A stretch of 64,000 nt of DNA. Source: Vicugna vicugna. Taxonomy: Eukaryota. Shown one piece after another: positions 61,501 through 64,000 of this stretch (within the stretch, counting starts at the first letter, position 1; every line of letters starts with the position of its first letter). A model generated the notes under the pieces. That model was not told the DNA's origin. It saw only the letters and a program-made list of their open reading frames with translations, and did no database searches. The position numbers were made by a program, and so were the translations under genes. The stretch covers positions 434,001 through 498,000 of the forward strand of contig MU057700.1 in assembly GCA_013265495.1 (NCBI GenBank), read 5' to 3'.

Positions 61501-62451
61501 AATCCCACACCAGGGGCTGATTTGAAATCTCTGCTGGGAAGCTCCTCCTTCTAAAGCCCTCCCTCTTCAAAGAGCTCTTTCTAAAAAGAAGTAATGGTCT
61601 CAGCCCCTGCAGGAGCCTTGGGGGACTCAGAGGGCCATGGCTCTGCAGCCTGGCCTTCCTTGGGGCTGTCTTGTCTGCACCCCAAAAGTGGGTGGATCAG
61701 AGATCCTCAGTTGAGGCGAGCACACCATGGATGTCCTCACCCGAAGGGACCTTGGGTACCGAGTATCAGCAGGGTGAGGGCTCGATGGCCTGGGAGGCTC
61801 AGGCTGGCTCTGGATCTCAGGCCCTGCTACCCTTGACCCCACACCCCCACCTCAGCCTCGAGGTGCAAGCTGGGCTGGCCACTGAGGAGTGTCCTTATTG
61901 GGCCAAGGCAGCCTGGGGTCCAGTCTAAGGAGGGATGAGCTCTGAGCACCACTGCTTGGGGGAGCCCTAAGGAACCCCTGGATGAGGCCCCAAAGCTGCA
62001 GAGCACAGAAAGGAGCTCTCAGGAGAGGGACTAAGGCCAGGGCCCCCCTGGATGGACTGCATGGGCTCCTGGACCTGCTCTGAAGCATCTGAGGTGGGAT
62101 ATGGTTTTCCAGGCTCTCTTTCTTTCAAGGCCTTGCCCTTTCCAGGACCACAGCAAGTCCCGCATGTCTCATGGAAACACCAGCTCCTGTCTGGGTCACC
62201 AGGTGGGCTCACAGGCATGGGGTCAGCATAGTGGTTGTGAAATCAAAGGGAGAGGAGAGTTGGGGACCAAGGATCCTCGTTGCCTGCTGATCTCTATCTC
62301 TCTAGGGGAAGGTTTGCTCAGGGTTTCTGGACTCCAAGGAAGGCAGGCAGGACCCCTGGAGGTGCCCTGGACCTGTCCCAGATCTATCCGAGGGCCTTGG
62401 ATCTCCTAGGGGTCACCAGCACGCAGTTGGGCAGGGACATGCCACGATGGC

Positions 62452-62829
62452 TCTTATGAGTTAAATCATGTCTTCCTCAAATGTATATGTTGTCACCATA
62501 ACCCCTAACGTGTATTGGGCAATGGGGCCTAAAGGGAGGCAATTAAGGTTAAATGAGGTCATAAGGATGGGGCCCTAATCCAGTAGGACTGGCGCCCTTA
62601 TAACAAGAAGAAGAGACTCCAGAGAGCTCTCCATCTCTCTCTTTTCCTCTTTCCACATGCTTAGAGGTCAGGCCATGTGAGGACACAGGAGAAGGTGGCT
62701 GCCTGCAATCTGGGAAGAGAGGCCTCACCGGAAACCAACCCAGCCTCCAGAACTGTGAGAAATAACTTTCTGTTGTTTAAGCTCCCCCATCTGTAGTATT
62801 TTGTGTGGCAGTCTTAGCTGACTAATACA
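62452..62829 (+). mobile_element. MaLR LTR (MLT1A0-like)
   Basis: AATTAAGGTTAAATGAGGTCATAAGGATGGGGCCCTAATCC, GGCCATGTGAGGACACAG, CCAGCCTCCAGAACTGTGAGAAATAA; ends ACTAATACA. Confidence 0.9.
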
Positions 62830-63589
62830 ATTGGCCCAGTAGGAATGTTCTAGATAGAAGGATGCTCTGGGCTGTGAGGCTGGGGCAGCAGAGGGGTGTG
62901 ATCAGCAGGAAGAACAGATAGCTCAGGTGCCTGGAAGTGGGCAGGCCCATGTGGACTGAGGCTGGCAGGACTCCTCCCCTGGAGGACCCCTTCGAAGCTG
63001 GGGACATACTGGGGCCATGGCCAAGGACTGTGGAGCTGAGCAGTCCTTGAAGGTGCCTGAGGTGACTGATGACAAGCTGATGACAGGACTAGGGTTGAAG
63101 GCTGAAATTGCAAAGTGACCAACACCTCCCTGGAAGTTAGCTCTAGGGCCAGCTGTCAGAGGACAGGCATGTTGGGGGTGTTGCTCTTGGCTGGGGACCT
63201 GAGAAGAGATTACCAGGGGTTCCAGCAGCCAGAGTGTAACCCATGCACAGAGGCAGGCCCTGGATGTCTCCCAGGGGAGTGTGGGCTTACCCTCCTGGGC
63301 ACTCCCAGAGGTGCTGGCACAGACAGTGAAGAGGCACCAGGATTTCAAGGTCAGGGTCTCTGTTGTTACCCTCTGGGTCCCCTGGGGTTCCTACTTCCAC
63401 CAGATACATCTGATGGACAGTTGCAAGTGTCCTGGACCAGGAGCCTTTTGGCATTCAGCCCTGGACATGGGGCTTTTCAGATACAGGGCTCAACCCTCTG
63501 TGCATGGCCAGGCATGGGGCAAGTTGGACCCGTTTGTGGAGGTCAGCTGTCTGCTTTCCAGTTTTCTGCCACCAGCTAATACTTGTCCA

Positions 63590-63780
63590 ATACTTGGCAG
63601 TTGTGTGCCGAGCACTGTGCTGGGCTCCTAAAACCCTGTGTGGTGAGTGCTCTCAAGTCCACATCTCACAGGGAGGTAACTGAAGGTAAGTAGCTGGCCC
63701 CAGGCCACAGTTGGTTGCATGTCTGCATCAGGTTTACACCTCAACTCATTGAATTTCACAGCTCAGACTGCCTCTCTTCA
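63590..63780 (-). mobile_element. MIR SINE
   Basis: TGTGTGCCGAGCACTGTGCTGGGCTC...CACAGGGAGGTAACTGAAGGTAAGTAGCTGGCCCCAGGCCACA. Confidence 0.55.
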
Positions 63781-64000
63781 TAGACGCATAGACTTTGGGG
63801 GTGGCTCCCTCATTCTGTGGCTGCTCACCTCACAGACCCTGGAAGTGCTGGCTCTTAGCCTACCTTCCATGGAGGATCCTTCCTGGGAGCACAGAGGAGC
63901 GGACCCTTTCTGGGTACAGTGACCACAGGGCCACCCCTACTTTTGGGCTCTGAATTAGGATTCTCCAGTGAAACAGAACTAATAAGATATTCTTTCTTTC

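Overview
Mammalian genomic DNA, almost certainly camelid (alpaca/camel). The evidence is several tRNA-derived SINEs of the camelid Vic-1 type (head GGGGAGGGTATAGCTCAG..., B-box GGTTCAATCCC) and no primate Alu, ruminant Bov-A/B or porcine PRE elements seen. The window reads as intergenic or deep intronic sequence. GC-rich unique DNA alternates with AT-rich LINE-1 blocks (~19-26 kb, ~43.8-45.7 kb, ~52.3-59.1 kb) and scattered L2, MIR, MaLR/ERV LTRs and hAT DNA transposons. I cannot support any host protein-coding gene; the only ORFs with recognisable products are decayed L1 ORF2 fragments. I found no convincing novel biological system. The most noteworthy items are: an exact 403-bp tandem duplication containing a SINE; a 30-bp minisatellite carrying six CACGTG E-boxes; a 5'-inverted (twin-primed) L1 that appears to have deleted host L1 sequence; a 70-bp L1 micro-insertion with a perfect 16-bp target-site duplication (TSD); an intact solo LTR with CCAAT and octamer motifs; a candidate TATA-driven spliced minus-strand transcript at the left edge; and several AT-rich islands with HOX/PBX/FOX motif clusters. 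Repeat subfamily names come from recall of consensus sequences, not a database search, and boundaries of old repeats are approximate.
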